A DNA stretch of 64,000 bases from NCBI GenBank assembly GCA_002269645.1, contig NIVC01001319.1:186001-250000 (forward strand), written 5' to 3'. The notes below the pieces were generated by a model. The model ran no database searches, was not told where the DNA came from, and saw nothing but the letters and a program-made list of their open reading frames with translations. Every line of letters begins with the position of its first letter. Positions within the stretch are counted from its first letter, which is position 1. Below, in pieces: positions 22,885-33,162 of the stretch. Made by a program: the position numbers and the translations under genes. The DNA is from Macrostomum lignano. Lineage: Eukaryota.

Positions 22885-25014
22885 TTACAATGGCGCGTCC
22901 TGAACAACGGTACCATCTGCTTTAGCAATTGACATATATTCCTCTAGAAACAATACGTGGGCGTCTAGTGCCTGATTACCGTTTTCATTATTCTCTAACA
23001 TAATTCAAACCAACAGCGCCTACGTTTTCTTTCTGTGCGGTTAGATCAAAAACAACCACTGGGTGAATGTTTAGAAACTCTGTGGGTGTGTACTGAGGAA
23101 CAGCATACGCTTCATTTTTGACATAATCCTGATAATATTTTATAAAATCATTAACATTATTATTTGCAAGATTTAGATTAAGGGGGTCTTTAACCGTGAA
23201 GTGATACATTTTGGCTCTAGAAAGCTCCCATCCAGATTGAATGTATTTTAACCAATGAATGCGCTCCAAATAGCAAAAGCTGAGGACACGACCCCAACCT
23301 CAACCAATGAAAAACAGTTATGTACCATCCAATGCGATTAAGACTGAAAAGTACTATTAAAGCTCATGTTAACCAAGCAAGAAGCTGGCCCTTTTTGCTC
23401 GCTCCGCCTCTCCTCGCCCTTGCCTCTCCTTCGCCATTCTCCTAGCTTACCTCGTTTGACTATTTTGATTGACACAGTTAGGGTCTCAACCCAAACACCA
23501 AAACTTATAAGTCGACTTACTAAAGCCAAACCAACACCCAATCCACGTTTCACAATAGACTGAACCTTCGGTTCACCCGAACAACTAGAAACACCTTGTG
23601 ACTTAAATCGAACGAGCTTCTTATTTGGAATTCCACCTTAGACATTATATTTTGTGAGAAAACATCTCGAGATTGTGACCATCAAATACAACGGTCTGTA
23701 AGTTACCATCAAGTGTTTGCATCATCAGGAAAAGTCAGTTGAATCCGCCGCCTCAGTTATTTGGCTCTCACATTGATATTTGAAGTAGAACAAGAGCCAT
23801 AGAAGTGAGAGACCAGAAGAAGAACAATAACCTACATTTTAAAATATTTCAACCGGATAATATTGATCATCAACCTGCAGGCGGATATTCTGGACATTAA
23901 ACTCGTTAATAGCCGAAACCGCGTTGTCAGTTGCGGTGGCCGCCTGTGCTGCTACATCTCCTGATTGAAGCCAATATAAATCCCCGTTTGCTCTTTTACT
24001 CCTTCTATTTGTTATTTTAAACCAAACAAAAATATATCTCACCCGGCGTTTTGATGTCAGTATTTGCCACTGGAATGAATCCTGATTGTTATTAACGGTT
24101 CGCATAAAGTGTCGACGATTTAAATAAAATATTTCTTGATCAACCAATAACTGATCATCGATGTGTTTTAAAAGCGGAGCTGTTACCTCTATAGTTGGTA
24201 CGACTAATTGAATTGAAGCTATGCGAACTGCTATATCGGTTGAAATCGAAGTTCCATAAAGTATCCTAGGCTGATATCCACCAGATATTTGCAACTGTAT
24301 ACCAAATTTTAATCCTTTCCATACACGATTTGGTGAGAAGAACCCAAATAGTGGGAAGATTGAAAAGTCCTGCTCATATGCGGTTGCCGTGGTTAAAACC
24401 GCGACTGGAAATTTATTCTGGCGATCTATAAAACCGGTGTTAATATCTTTTGTGTTAGTCATTGTAGTTACAACTGGAACTATATTGGTATTAAGATAAG
24501 CTATAAGAGCTGCGGTATCTGCGCCAGCTGCGTTTTGTACGTTAGGGAAAACTACTGCTTGTCCATTACCCTTATCCGGCATCCACCCAACACTATCACC
24601 AACTTGTTTTGATAAATAAGTATAATTTAAATGTTTCAAAACTTCATTAATCTCTGCTGGGTTTGTTGATGTCTCAACCTCGGCTCCATTAACTGTTAGT
24701 TGGGCTTGGGAAAAACATTTATAAAACCAATCATTTTCTATAATAATACCAGAACGATCTGCGATATCGCCGGCTGCAAGAGCAGTTCCATCATTTCTAG
24801 TATACAACCATCTAACGCGGAAAAACGCATTTTTCATATCCAATATGCTGTTGGTTGCGCCGATGTCAAATGTTACTGTTCCCGTAGTAAAATTGTTTGA
24901 ATTATCGCTTGTTGGTTGGGTAAAAATTAAATCTCTTTTCCTGACCTCGTTAATATACTGACGATATTTTTTGAAATGAAATTTATCACTCCATATGGTT
25001 TTTGTTTCAGCCAT
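22885..25014 (-). pseudogene. Double jelly-roll major capsid protein, interrupted by a solo LTR and a C-terminal frameshift
   Basis: Removing 23197-23851 plus one TSD joins ...DDQYYPV|KDPLNLN...HPVVVFDLTAQKE; after a frameshift near 23000 it ends ...AHVLFLEEYMSIAKADGTVVQDAPL. Confidence 0.8.
23197..23851 (+). mobile_element. Solo LTR (655 bp) inside the MCP gene
   Basis: TGAAGT...ATTTCA ends, 4-bp TSD ACCG (23193-23196 and 23852-23855), three CCAAT boxes and a TATTAAA. Confidence 0.82.
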
Positions 25015-25048
25015 TTTTTAAAGTTAAAAAAGTTTTTTATGTTAAAAA

Positions 25049-25723
25049 ATGAGTCAATTTATGGATGTTGATGAAGAGTTAGCGATTTATAAAGAGAAGC
25101 AAAAATATTCTGATTTTGTTAGAAACTTACAAAAAAGAAAGTTAGGAATACAGCTAGCTGGTGAGAAATTTGCTGCTCCTTTTGTTAATCCTATTACGGG
25201 GAAAATTAGTGAACTAGAAAAAACAGATAAAGACCTTCTTGAAAAAATTGCTAAGAATACGGAGCCAAAAGAGGATGAAATTTTGGATGAGCCGCCTGCT
25301 TATGATGTTGATCAAGCACTATTGAGAGTTGCAGAGATTAGACGTGCAGAACGGGGTGAAGTTGATGAATATCCGAGAGCTGCACCACAAAGTATTGCTG
25401 TGGTGGATTTAGGTAATGATAATTACCGAATTGGTGGGGTTGATAAAAATCGGAATGAGCTATATAGAGAATTGGGTGGAGCAAATAATATTATTATGAA
25501 CCCTAGGGTAAGATTTAACCCTGAATTATATACTAGGGATGAATTAGTAAGTGCTAAAAATTTTTATGATGAGTTAGGAGTAAGAGCTGCTAAAAATACC
25601 AGCTTGTATAAAAGAATTGTTGATTCTATAAATAACAAACCGGCTGTTGGCGAAGGATTTAAAACTCCGCGAAAACTTGTTTTAGCTGCTGCGAAAGCTG
25701 CTGGACATACAGGAATTAATTAA
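25049..25723 (+). CDS. Hypothetical Maverick-associated protein
   Basis: Intact 224-aa ORF divergent from the MCP across a 34-bp spacer; AAAAAATG start context. Confidence 0.65.
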   Translation: MSQFMDVDEELAIYKEKQKYSDFVRNLQKRKLGIQLAGEKFAAPFVNPITGKISELEKTDKDLLEKIAKNTEPKEDEILDEPPAYDVDQALLRVAEIRRAERGEVDEYPRAAPQSIAVVDLGNDNYRIGGVDKNRNELYRELGGANNIIMNPRVRFNPELYTRDELVSAKNFYDELGVRAAKNTSLYKRIVDSINNKPAVGEGFKTPRKLVLAAAKAAGHTGIN

Positions 25724-25738
25724 ATTTATTTTTTTAAA

Positions 25739-26241
25739 ATGGAAAATACGATAAAAGATTGTCTTTGTAAACCTATTTATGATAAAGTTGGTTCTGACAG
25801 AATACTAAATGAAATATTTCAAGATGAATTAATAATTTCAAATCGTATTAAAACAATTCAGATGCGCCATGGATCTCTTTATGAATTATTAGCTATTAAA
25901 CATTTTGGTTTTGAAAAAGTAAATAAAATTGATTTAATTCATACCGAAAGAAAAATTGCGTTAGAGTTAAAATCTTCTGATAATACAGATAATTCATCAA
26001 GTCGATTTAGAAATATTCAAAAGTTATTAGAATTTAAATATGTTAATCCCGAATTTGATTTATGTTATATTTGCATTAATAATACTACTAAAAACCCGTA
26101 CAAAAGGTATTTGTTAATGGTGTTACTTTGTTAAGTGGGGAATTTGCTTTAAATTTTTTATATGGTGATCAATATTTGGAAATTATTAAACTGATAGAAA
26201 CATGTTTTTTAAACATTAAAAATGAGCCAACTTGTGTTTGA
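25739..26241 (+). pseudogene. PD-(D/E)xK nuclease resembling type II (Eco47II-like) restriction endonucleases, frameshifted near 26100
   Basis: QMRHG...IDLIHTERKIALELKSSDNTDNSSS; the alternative frame continues VQKVFVNGVTLLSGEFALNFLYGD...TCV. Confidence 0.55.
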
Positions 26242-27802
26242 AGGTGGATTGTTGGATGTTCAAAAAGGATTAACAAGCTTACCAAGCGTTTTTACTACTG
26301 GAAAATATACAAATGAATTACACATACCAGGGTATTCGTAAGCAGGTTAACCCGTGGCCTGAGTGAGGAAGGCAATGTCCTTGCTAGTCTGCTAGTCACT
26401 ATTAGTGGCGACACCTTCAAATTGCGTGAAACGCGTCATACAGCTTCAAGTACCACTTTAACTGAGAAATCTTTTGAAGGAACAGAGGTAACTCCTCTTC
26501 CCAAAGGTAACAAGCTTGAAGACATGGTGGCAATGCGCAGCCAAGCTCCTAAGTATTTAATATAAGGAGAAGGTTCAGAGAGCAGACGGAGGTGGGCGGT
26601 AATCATCACCGCTTAAAGTGTGCTCCAGCCTCTTTCGAAAGATTGTGGGGAAACTACCGGGGACAAGATTGGATTTGAGGTTAAATCCGGATGATACTCC
26701 AAAGCCTGATTCAATTCCTATTAATGGCATTGATTGGTTAGCCTATTATCACGACTTAGCATACAGAGATGCTGATAAGAACTCCCCCGAGGAAGCATTA
26801 AGATTAAAACATGAAGCCGATCGAAAAATGATTCAAGGATTAGATAATCTACAGGGCTTATCGGTAAGCCAAAGATTAACTCGGTGGATGGTTAAAAAGA
26901 TCTTGCAGTCTAAAGTTAAATTTGGTTTGGGAATTAATTACAATCAACATGGAAATAGTTGTGTTGATTGTCTGTTATTAAGTGGTGGTGGGTTAAGTTC
27001 TGATGAGGCAAAGGTTCTTCACAAAGAATACCGAAAGCCTAAATTTTATAGAAAAATCATGAACTTCAAAAAGAATGAAATTTGGTATGCTGATTTAATG
27101 TCAATGCCGAACGAAAGAGGATATAAATATATCTTAACCATACTGGATGGTTTTACTCGATACGCGTGGGCTGTTCCTTTAAAATCCAAAAAAGGAGAGG
27201 AGGTTGCTGCTGCTTTTAGAAGCCTTGGAGAAAAAAGTGAAAGCTTGTGTGTTGACGAAGGAAAAGAATTTTACAATCCTCACATGTATAAATTGTATCA
27301 TTTTGAAAAAGGACAAGAAAGGAAAAAGGACGCGAATGGGGAGTATATTAATAAAATTTATTCTATTTATGGAGAAAGTAAAAACGCACTTATTGAAAGA
27401 TTTAATCGAACTTTAGGTAAGAAATTGTGGTTTCAGTTTAGTTTGAATGGAAACCAAAAGTGGGTAAAAATATTGCCAGACGTTGTTAAAGATTATAATA
27501 ATTCATATCATTCGGCTATAAAGATGACTCCTCAACAATCTTATAACAATCCTGAAAATGTTAAGGTTACCTTCGGGGACTTTGAAAAAAATAAAAAGAA
27601 ACCTTTTAAGGTTGGTGATTCTGTTTATATCTATAAATGGAAAGATAAGTTTGAAAAAGGAAGAAAAGGATATTGGAAAATAAGTGAGAAATTTACTATC
27701 AGTAAAGTTTTAAATACAAATCCTACAACCTATATCATTGCTGATAAAGATGGTGAAGAAATATTGCGTTCTTTTTATGAGAACCAGATAATGTTAGTTT
27801 AG
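26222..27802 (+). pseudogene. Parvovirus-type phospholipase A2 (PLA2X) fused in frame to a DDE (rve) integrase
   Basis: ELHIPGYS*AG[309-bp insert]PGTRLDLRL...YHDLAY...KVKFGLG, then WYADL / VDEGKEF / IERFNRTL and a C-terminal FKVGDSV...FYENQI; all in one frame; integrase moiety intact. Confidence 0.85.
26348..26656. other. Unidentified ~309-bp insertion in the PLA2 Ca-binding loop
   Basis: Separates GYSxAG from PGTRL; no TSD or TIR recognised. Confidence 0.6.
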
Positions 27803-28117
27803 TTTTATACTTTTAGTGACTCTAGGGGGTGGTGTATTTTTATCATCTGTTAATAAAGTTTTAAATGGTGTAGAGTATTCTTTATATTTAAATGAGTTAA
27901 TAATTTGTTCAAGTTCAAAATACCATTCATCTCTATAAACTGGCGTTTTGAAATTGAACAAATTATCATTAAGATATTCACTAACTTGAACTTCAATAGA
28001 TTTGGTGTCGTATTTTTCTGGAAATTCTTTTATTAAATCTTTAATTTCATCTGTGGTTAATGGGTATATTTTTACTCCTCGAATTTCTACATGTTTTATT
28101 AAATCCTTTTTTATCAT
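27794..28117 (-). CDS. Small paralog 1 (KIYPL family)
   Basis: EIRGVKIYPLTTDEI ... FKYKEYS. Confidence 0.65.
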   Translation of the reverse strand: MIKKDLIKHVEIRGVKIYPLTTDEIKDLIKEFPEKYDTKSIEVQVSEYLNDNLFNFKTPVYRDEWYFELEQIINSFKYKEYSTPFKTLLTDDKNTPPPRVTKSIKLN

Positions 28118-28128
28118 CTCTTTGATTT

Positions 28129-28512
28129 CTACCGTCTTATTAATAAAAATTTTTTAAGTTTTTCATAATTACCCTTCTCTATGCCATGTTTGTTAATAGT
28201 TTTTAGTGGTGGTAATGAATACTCTTTATATTTAAGATTACGAACATCAGCAAAAATATTCATTGCTGACTTAAATGATCGTAAAGCTAGTTGATAATTA
28301 TTCAAATATGTAACCAAATCAATAACATCATCAGTAATAATAATATTACTAACAAAGCTCAGGTGTCTTTTTTTAGTTTTATATTCTAGTTGGTTAATTT
28401 CAGATGGTTTTAATGGATATATTTTTACTCCTTCTAATAGTACAATTTTTATTAAACCATCATCTATCTTCTGTTTTAGATCTTTTAACCTTTGGCCAAT
28501 TTCTGATTCCAT
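28129..28512 (-). CDS. Small paralog 2 (KIYPL family)
   Basis: LLEGVKIYPLKPSEI ... LKYKEYS; TAAAAATG start. Confidence 0.7.
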   Translation of the reverse strand: MESEIGQRLKDLKQKIDDGLIKIVLLEGVKIYPLKPSEINQLEYKTKKRHLSFVSNIIITDDVIDLVTYLNNYQLALRSFKSAMNIFADVRNLKYKEYSLPPLKTINKHGIEKGNYEKLKKFLLIRR

Positions 28513-28702
28513 TTTTATGGATAAATTTTATATAATTGTTTATTTGAGACAGCAAGGTAATAATTTTTTTATAACATATAAAAACAATATTATCACTATT
28601 ATTGTTACTAATAATTTTTTGACATTTGTTCAACCGTTATCAAACTTAAATTTTCATTAAGTTCATTAATTGGCACATTTCCGATATAGGAATAATTTAC
28701 CT

Positions 28703-28996
28703 TCATTTTTTATATATATTTTTAACAATAAATGTTGTTTCTGTTACAGAGTAATAGTTCATTTTTTTAATATTTTTTTCGCAGTTTAAACATTGTGCTA
28801 AAAGAAGACTTTGCTCCCCCTTATCCCAAATATAATCTAATTCTCCAATTTCAAGCGGATATATCTTTATATCTGGAAAAATATATACTTCATCGATTGT
28901 TTTATCCTTTAATAATTTTTTTATTGAATCGAGTGCATTGAACATTGTTTGGGTTGATTCAGTTATTGAAAAGTAGAGTCTGTTAACTAATTCCAT
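28703..28996 (-). CDS. Small paralog 3 (KIYPL family)
   Basis: IDEVYIFPDIKIYPLEIGEL; TAAAAATG start overlaps the upstream stop. Confidence 0.7.
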   Translation of the reverse strand: MELVNRLYFSITESTQTMFNALDSIKKLLKDKTIDEVYIFPDIKIYPLEIGELDYIWDKGEQSLLLAQCLNCEKNIKKMNYYSVTETTFIVKNIYKK

Positions 28997-28998
28997 TT

Positions 28999-29313
28999 TT
29001 ACATAAAAATTTCACTTTCATTCTCCGAATCGCTAGTTTCATATGAACTATTTGTTGAGTTGGAATCATCTGAACGAACCTCCCAATCATCCGAATTTAA
29101 ATAATCTCCAAGTTGAAATATTAACTCCCCCTCTTGTTCTAAATCATACATCCCATCCAACTCTAGCGGATAAAGTTTTAGTTCTGTTTTGTCATCATAT
29201 TTTAAATAAACTTCATCAATTATTCCATTCAAAATATGCTGTTTTATAATCTCTGAATTTTTAGCAACAGTCTCAAAAGTATCACTAACTGAAAAGGTGT
29301 AAACTCGGTTCAT
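28999..29313 (-). CDS. Small paralog 4 (KIYPL family); likely start is MNRVYTF at 29313
   Basis: IDEVYLKYDDKTELKLYPLELDGM; the longer track ORF begins inside the TIR. Confidence 0.7.
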   Translation of the reverse strand: MNRVYTFSVSDTFETVAKNSEIIKQHILNGIIDEVYLKYDDKTELKLYPLELDGMYDLEQEGELIFQLGDYLNSDDWEVRSDDSNSTNSSYETSDSENESEIFM

Positions 29314-29357
29314 TTTTAGTAACAGAAAAAGACCCTTCGCGCCGCAGGCGCGGCGAC

Positions 29358-29657
29358 GGGTTATATGTAGTAGTAGGCATTTGTACGCTTCTAGATCCGT
29401 CACTTATCAAACGGGTGATTTGAAGGGCTAATAATGGGGGGACGCGAGGGAATTGTTTGGAAGTGTTAGTAGTATTGGGTAGTGTTAGTAGTATTGTGTA
29501 GTGTTGGGGGTGTTGGGGGGTATTGGGGGTGTTTTAATTGTGTTGAGGGTGTTTAGATGTGTTTTTTGGTTCCCCCCTCGTGTCCCCCCCTCTAACCCTT
29601 CAAATCGCCTGTTTGATTAGGGGCTCTGGGTCTAGAAGCGTACAAATGTATACTACT
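29358..29657 (-). repeat. Right TIR of the inner element (itself a fold-back)
   Basis: Reverse complement of 21016-21311. Confidence 0.9.
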
Positions 29658-30589
29658 AAGGTGCAATAGTTGGTCACTCGGTCATAGTATGACCGAGTGG
29701 CTGCCACCACTCTATGTGACCTGGCGCACCTGGATCTTTCTACCAGACCTCTCGAGGCTAGAGCCCCGCCTGGGATGGTTACCAGGAGATTTAGGCTAAC
29801 AGGGGAGACACATGCAGCCGAGTACAGGGACTCTGCTTGGGGCATGATCGGGAACTCTGGGCTCAATCTGGAGGATTTCTCAGCAGGGGATCCTTTGTGG
29901 CTGTGAGCGAGGCTGACTTGCGACTTTGATTACTAAGAGTAGTATGAGGGGAACATGTACTGTCTACAGTTTAGATTGCTCAGGGCGAAGGGACGCGTCA
30001 GCATCGGGTTGCAACCTTCCTACTGCCATTCTGTGCCAAGACTCGCTAATCCCTCTACTGCACGCACACACGGCACCGCAGCACGCACTCACAGGCGGGC
30101 TTTGCATGGGAGAGGCCATTAGCTTACCCAAACTTCCTTATGCTTAGCCACCCCGGGAGAAAGGCTTAGCAAGCCATGAGTGAAATGATGGTGAAAGAGT
30201 GAATAATGATGAGGTTAGTTAATAGTTAATAATTAGGCCCTAAGGCAAATAGTCAGGCAATTAGGCGGCTTCACTATTGAGTAAAATACAGCAAAAGTTA
30301 CGGTATCACAATTGGCTCAGCTCTCTAATTAAGCAATGGCAAATAGGCAAACCCCGGATAAGTAAAGGCGATTGGAGCACAAATTAGTAATAGGAACTTA
30401 CCGGCAGCTGCACAGAGAGAGAGAGCGGCGGAGTGACCGAGGGCGGCTGTAGGCTGCAGTCAGGCAGACAGTGAAGCGGCGATGCGCTGAAGCGACGAGG
30501 CGCTGATGTAGATCAGGCGATGCTGATGATGCTGGGCGGTACCAGACCGCTGGCCGATAGACGAGCTTACTTGGGAGCTAAGGTCAACC

Positions 30590-32119
30590 AACGAGCCAAC
30601 GAGTTCTACCCGAAAATGGACAGCAGTGGATCCCCTGGACCCTGAAAGTTCAGGGTTCCCCAGCGTTGACGAAAGAAATCTGGAAGAGCTTAGCATCGGC
30701 CCATACCACGTTCTTCAGTCAAAACGCTACATCGAAAACGTCAGAGTTCATGAGGTGCTCAGTAGCTACGCTGGAGACTCGTGGCGCGATTTCGAATTGT
30801 TGATTTCTGAACTGCCAAGCCATTTAAAATGCTGGAAGTTTCATCAGCGAGCGCCACCAAAGGGGTGGAGCAGTAAGTTTGGAGAATGGAGGCCATCTTG
30901 GATATATTTAGCCGTTCTTCATTCCCGTCATCGGTCAAAAACTTACCGAGTTGTCCTTCGTATTTGCGAAACTGCAAGTGGTAACCGATTCGGAGTTCGT
31001 GACTCGGGGCTGCTGCGTCTGCATGGCTACTTTTCATCCTTAAAGGCCGGAAGCAGGACAGCAGGGTGTGACAGTCATGTTATGGCTGTGGTTAGAATGC
31101 TAGGCTGTTATGCATATCACCCCGAAAGCTACAACATGTGCGGCAGCAGCTTCCGATTTATTGACAGTGCTTTGCCAAAAGCACTGATTGCCAATCTTTA
31201 CAATGATCAATCTGGTGGTCATCCAGCTCCAAATGCACCTCGCAGAGACAGTGCTGAATCGCAGCAAGATGAACAGAGGCACAGTTTAAATGCTACTGGT
31301 TCATTGAATTCGCCGAAGAAGTTATTTGGGTTGCCAAATAATGGCCTGCAGTGCTACGTAAATGCAGCAGTGCAATTGTTTCTCTGCCTGCATTCTAATG
31401 GATGCATTTTAAAAGAGACTAGCAACGACTAGCATCGAGAGCTGCTTCGTCTTCTGACGGAGATGCAACAGCGGTCTGCAACAGTCACTCCACTGTTAAC
31501 GGCAGTTCGGTTGCAACATCCAGATTCATTTCAAACAAATCAGCACCATTGCGTCAACGAATTTGTTCAAACGCTTCTAATACATCTGGAATTTCTGTCA
31601 TCAGATACTTTCACAGAATTTTCACTCATTCAAACTTGTCGGGATTGCCAGCGCACAAGTGCTGAAGTTCCTGTTGGCACAATCGATAACAGAGTGATTT
31701 GCATTCCTCTCTGTCAATTTGAGCGCTCAATTGTCAGTTTAGACAAAATCTTCTGCGCTTTTGTCGCTCCTCAAGTAGTGAAATGTTCGGACGCCAATTG
31801 CCTGGGCGATTGTAATCGAGAGATCGTAGTAACACCTGGAAAGTTTACCCTGATTTATCTTGATCGTGCTAGTATGGATGGCCACCTAAAGCTTCAAACT
31901 CCTGTAAGCTTTTCTTCAAGGTCAGGGGGTGTTTCTACACTTGGTAAGCCAGTGGCCACAATATCACACCATGGAAACCGACTGAAATCGGGACATTTCA
32001 CAGCAAGCGTACTGAGCTGTGTGTGGACGAATATTGACGACATGAAAGTTACGTCAGACTATAACCCGTTCGTACGTGAGCCTGAGTGCATCGTGCTCGT
32101 TGCACTTTTAAACTCGTAA
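30590..32119 (+). pseudogene. Transposase C-terminal/SWIM-like fragment fused to a ubiquitin-specific protease (USP/C19) domain
   Basis: FPSVDERNLEELSIGPYH...HSRHRSKTY...KAGSRTAGCDSHV resembles ISL2EU/Harbinger-type C-termini; then GLPNNGLQCYVNA (Cys box) and SHHG...SGHF...IDD (His/Asp); the two track ORFs share a frame across one TAG at 31430-31432. Confidence 0.62.
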
Positions 32120-32789
32120 AAGCATTTTTAGCGAAAATACAATTGTTTTAAGCGAGTGTACTGTACGTTTTGTATTGTAGATTTTAAAGGACATGCAGAT
32201 TAAGAAACAATGTCATATCACGCATTCTTTACGTACCATAGGTTACATGTGAAGATAATTCAGACTGACATCAAATAACAAAAGCTTTGAATTAGTTGTT
32301 TCAATTTCTTTTAGACTCACAATTAGCTTTTTTTACTGAAGCAAAGAACTTAAACCCAAAAACCGTTTCTTAGGACTGAGAAACTTTTGCAATTATGATT
32401 TTACTAAGCTTTGCGTGAGAGGCGTTACTTTATTTGCTTAAAAACGTGTGCTGCTTTGCATGACATGCTTTGTTTTTATTACTTTGATAACTTGTACAGC
32501 TTTGCATGATATGCTTTGTATCCATTACGTCATAACTTGTACAGCCTTGCGTGATATTCTTTATTTTACCAATATACATGGTTTCGGTTTATCGTCAAAA
32601 GTTCTGCTTACTAATAACCAAACGAATTTACAAGTTAATTTTTTCAAACTGAGTTTCCAGGTCGGCATTTTTAACAGGTTTCGATACGAGCAAATCATTT
32701 TTATTATTTAACAATCAATGTATAATAGCTGAAATAAAATACACCCGCTAATGCGATATTCGAATTGAATAGAGCTTCGTCACTTGAAA

Positions 32790-33061
32790 CCGGATGGGAT
32801 GTCTCGGCGATTCTAGTCGTCTGGGCCGACAAGTTATCGATTGCAGTCGGTTTGGTCCGGAGCTGAACTTCGGGCTCCATTCCAGAGCCTTAAGTTGACA
32901 TGAGATCCCCAATTTATCCCCTTTATCCCCTGGGACCCCAATGAAGGGAGCCGGATGGGATGTCTCGGCGATTCTAGTCGTCTGGGCGGACAAGTTATCG
33001 ATTTCAGTCGGTTTGGTCCGGAGCTGAACTTCGGGCTCCATTCTGGTGCTTAAGTTGACAT
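32790..33061. repeat. Pair of ~112-bp direct repeats, 161-bp period
   Basis: ccggatgggatgtctcggcgattctagtcg...cttaagttgacat at 32790 and 32951. Confidence 0.85.
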
Positions 33062-33162
33062 CCCCTTTTCGCGAGCAGTGCGAGCGGGCGTACGCACCGG
33101 GGACAGCTCCAGAACGCGACTATATTTGGATCAGCGACGACTAAGAGGAGGGTGACAGCGAG

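Larger units (their letters stand above)
21016..29657. mobile_element. Inner Maverick/Polinton (adintovirus-like) element, 8,642 bp, without pPolB or protease
   Basis: AGTAGTATAC...GTATACTACT ends, ~295-bp TIRs, 6-bp TSD AAGGTG (21010-21015 and 29658-29663); the empty site carries a single AAGGTG (caccTT at 44464-44469). Confidence 0.93.
20812..30588 (-). mobile_element. Truncated inverted copy of LTR-like element L, split by the inner Maverick
   Basis: 20812-21015 and 29664-30588 are the reverse complement of 44667-43545; starts TGTAACC. Confidence 0.85.

Noticed and set aside
29314-29403. N-terminal extension of the 134-aa ORF
   Set aside because: Lies in the TIR and its GC-rich flank; the family start context points to ATG 29313
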